From a bacterium (GTDB taxonomy: Bacteria > Bacteroidota > Bacteroidia > Bacteroidales > WCHB1-69): DNA of 64,000 nt. The stretch's first letter is position 1; each line of letters begins with the position of its first letter. Shown here piece by piece: positions 59,464-64,000 of this stretch. Where the stretch lies: contig CAVIJD010000005.1 in the NCBI GenBank assembly GCA_963643165.1, forward strand, positions 11,436 through 75,435, written 5' to 3'. The translations under genes were made by a program, and so were the position numbers. The notes under the pieces were generated by a model. That model was given only the letters and a program-made list of their open reading frames with translations, ran no database searches and was not told where the DNA came from.

Positions 59464-59655
59464 ACAATTTGATTTGTTAAACTTTTTATTTATTACGTAT
59501 TATACCCTATTTTTAGGGCGTGCAAAAATACACTTTTTTTGTTTCTGTTCAACTGGCTTGATTTTAAATATTTTGACTCTTCGCGAGGGTGAAATTTGTT
59601 GTGGCAAAACAAACGGAATCCCCCCGTTTCTGTTCGGGTTGTTGCCGTCCGCCTC

Positions 59656-61335
<1,680 letters not shown>

Positions 61336-61669
61336 ATAATCTGTGTTGTTGTGTCGTTTTGAAAAGATTTTTTTTGTTTTGTAAAAACGTTTCTGTTTCA
61401 GCGACTTAATTTGTCTTAAAACGGCTGCAAAACTATAAAAAAATGCGTTGTGAAACATTGTTGATAAATTTTCTTGCAATCGTGTGAGAAAATAATTATA
61501 TTTGCTGCGTTCTTTTTGAGCAAAACTAAAACAGACTCTACCCTTACTCACTACGCTCTTTCAGCACTCAATAGAGAAGACTACTTGCCGCACGCTCATC
61601 GGACTCGTTCTTTTACTTGTGATCCGACAACACTACTATTCTCTATAATATTAATTAAACAAAAGTGCT

Positions 61670-64000
61670 TATGAAAAAGATTTTACTATCTGCAATTGCG
61701 CTGCTATTTGCCGCTTTAGGGGCAGTGGCGCAATGCGATGCACCGTCAGACGTGCATGTAAGTGCAACGTGGCGCAATGCCAAGGTCACTTGGCGTTCCC
61801 CGTTGATGAACGATCCGATGACGCTAGACTATGGCGTTCCTCAAACGGGCCGGGTAGGCGCAGGCGTCATTCCTTATTCTATGGGTGTCCGCTATCCGGC
61901 CGATTCAATGCAGCAGTTCGCCGGCAAACGTCTCAGTTCCGTGTCATTCTACCCCGGAGAGTCCATGGACTACACCCTCAACATCTACTCCGGCGGCACG
62001 ATGAGCGGCGACACGAGTTTGTCGGGCTGCACATTGTTGCACACACAGACCATCCCCGCCTCCTCCCTCACGGTGGGAGCGGTCAACCAGATTGTCCTTT
62101 CCTCGGTGCTGACAGTCACGGGGTCGGAAGATCTTCTCGTTTCTTTCAGTGTCGCGCCAACTTCCGAGGCCTATCCGTTCGGCTTCGGCTACACCAATGG
62201 CATCGAATGGCAGACAAACCTCGTCAGTGAGGATTCAAATGCCACCTGGCAAACCTGGCACATATCAAGCCAACCTACGCCGGGCCTTTTCCTGCAATGC
62301 CATTTCGTTGACGTTAATGTCTGTTCTATTACGGCATTCAACATTTTCCGCGACAATGTATTGCTGAACACAGACCCTTTATGTGTTCATTCTTATCTTG
62401 ACACATCTGTGGTGCCCGGACAGCAGCATTGCTATACGGTACAGTCCGTTTGCGGCTCCACAACTACCGATGCTTCGCCTTTCTGCCTCAACATTCCCAC
62501 ACAGCCAACCTGTTATCCGATGGTGGGCAACGGAACTGAAGGTGTGAATTATCTCCCCTTGGCTTGCTTTTACCGATATTCGTATAGCCAGCAGATCTAT
62601 ACGGCTTCCGAAATCGGGGCGCAGAGCGGCACCATCGCCTCTATCACGTTCCAGTATTTCTACAACGAGCCCTACACTTGGAACAATGTTACCATCTATA
62701 TGGCCAATGTTGCTGATTCTGTGTTTGCCAGCAGCAGTTCCTGGATTCCAGCAAGCGAACTCACAGAGGTCTATAGCGGCCCCATCTATTGCTCCAATGT
62801 GGATTCCAACAACGTGACGGTTGACTTTGACCAGAGTTTCGAGTGGGACGGCAGCAGCAATGTGGTGGTCGCCATCCTAAACGGACATGGGTCCTACGAC
62901 GGCTCCAGCAGCCGCTTCTATGCCCATACCACGGTCGGGAACCGCACCCTTTACAGACAGAACGACAGTTCACCCTACAACATCAACACCTCGATGGGTT
63001 CCGGAAACTTAACCACAAACAGAACAAACATGCAGTTCTGCTTCGGTCCGGAGCCTAACTGCTACAAGCCTACCCACCTGGCAGTGTCTAACATCACCTC
63101 TTCGGGCGCTACGCTTACATGGAGAAGACATTCCGAAAACGACAACAGCTGGGAAGTGATGGCCGTTCCCTCCGGCTATCCCGTCAGCAGCGGCACGCCC
63201 ATAACGGTATCCGACACGACTTATACGCTCACTACCCTTCAGGACGATACCGAATATGATGTCTATGTCAGAACGGTTTGCTCCGGCACCGACCAAAGCG
63301 ATTGGGTGAAGAAGTCATTCAGAACCCGCTGTATTACCCATACCGGCGTTCCTTACGTTGAGAACTTCCAAGGCTACGGAAGTGGCGGTTCGGAGACGTA
63401 CCCGTACTGCTGGTCCCGCATGACCAACAACACGACACAGTATCCGTATATTAACAGCAACAACGAGCTGTACTTCTATTCATACGGTGATTATTACTCT
63501 CTGGCTGCTTCGCAGGCACTTGACCTCTCCAACTATGCAGAGAACACGCTGGCGCTCAGTTTTGAGATTGCCAAAAGTTCCACTAACTATGGCCGCCTCG
63601 ATGTGGGCATCATGACAGACCCGTCAGACATCAATACGCTGACCATCCTGAAGTCATACTATCCTTCTGACATAGTTGCGACGAATGCGTTCCAGACGGA
63701 GTACATAACGCTGACGCAAGCCTACACGCAGCCGGTCTATCTTGCTTTCTACGCACCTTCCTCACCTGTTTCCAACTATGTTTTAGTGAAGAATGTGAAG
63801 GTGGATTATGTTCCGACCTGTCTCGCACCTTCCGGTCTGACCATTTCAAACGTGACGGGTACTGCCGCCACCATCTCCTGGACGGAAGCCCTTTACGGCG
63901 CGCAAGGCTATAGCCTCGAATACGGCGTGCCCGGTCAGCAGATGACTACCATGCCGGTTCAAGAAAACTCGTATATGCTCACCGGCCTCACCCAAGGCAC
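61670..64000 (+). CDS. large secreted Fn3-repeat surface protein (N-terminal 777 codons; continues beyond window)
   Basis: Not in the ORF track because there is no stop in the window. Hand translation from the ATG at 61670 gives MKKILLSAIALLFAALGAVAQCDAPSDVHVSATWRNAKVTWRSP... It stays open to the edge. Fn3-like units include PTHLAVSNITSSGATLTWRR...TEYDVYVRTVC and APSGLTISNVTGTAATISWTE... Confidence 0.75.

Overview
This 64-kb chromosomal window comes from a GC-rich member of the Bacteroidota, probably Bacteroidales. The taxon call rests on TAnnTTTG-type -7 boxes upstream of many genes, S46 and S9 dipeptidyl peptidases, an Fn3-rich surface protein and an rpsL-rpsG-fusA-rpsJ cluster. Most of the window is ordinary housekeeping:
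- an acyl-CoA ligase (cut by the left edge), tRNA-Met, ligA, tex, gltX and L-serine dehydratase
- trxB-sufB plus a riboflavin-kinase gene, a Sir2 deacylase, LemA, phosphofructokinase, rplY and nnr
- a thioredoxin-like protein, pepC, maf, a PlsC-like acyltransferase, S46 and DPP-IV peptidases, pgi and a Na+/solute symporter
- tsaC, a hand-identified SRP RNA, arginine decarboxylase, nadE and tsaE
- a glycogen cluster (GH57, GT4, debranching enzyme), an HdrA/HdrB-like pair, tRNA-Ala, the str ribosomal cluster, ettA and a large surface protein (cut by the right edge).

The one clearly accessory region is about 11.0-18.9 kb. It holds two tandem minus-strand cassettes. Both share a ~103-bp promoter/leader (R3) and a ~142-bp 3' repeat (R2), but their cargo is unrelated. 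One carries a 198-aa orphan protein. The other carries a DUF3791 / DUF3990 (ART-like H-Y-E motifs) / DUF3791 triad. Next to them are a class II Fic gene and a graveyard of IS fragments bounded by ~88-bp inverted repeats.

A ~660-bp MITE-like element (R1) is interleaved through this region. R1 has 19-bp terminal inverted repeats and a decayed ISAs1-type transposase N-terminal domain. It occurs five times in the window, and one copy outside the island is fused to the 3' end of the phosphofructokinase gene. The cassette scaffold (R3-cargo-R2) is the best candidate here for an undescribed system. No recombinase for it is visible in the window. All calls come from hand translation, hand alignment and remembered family motifs; no database search was run.
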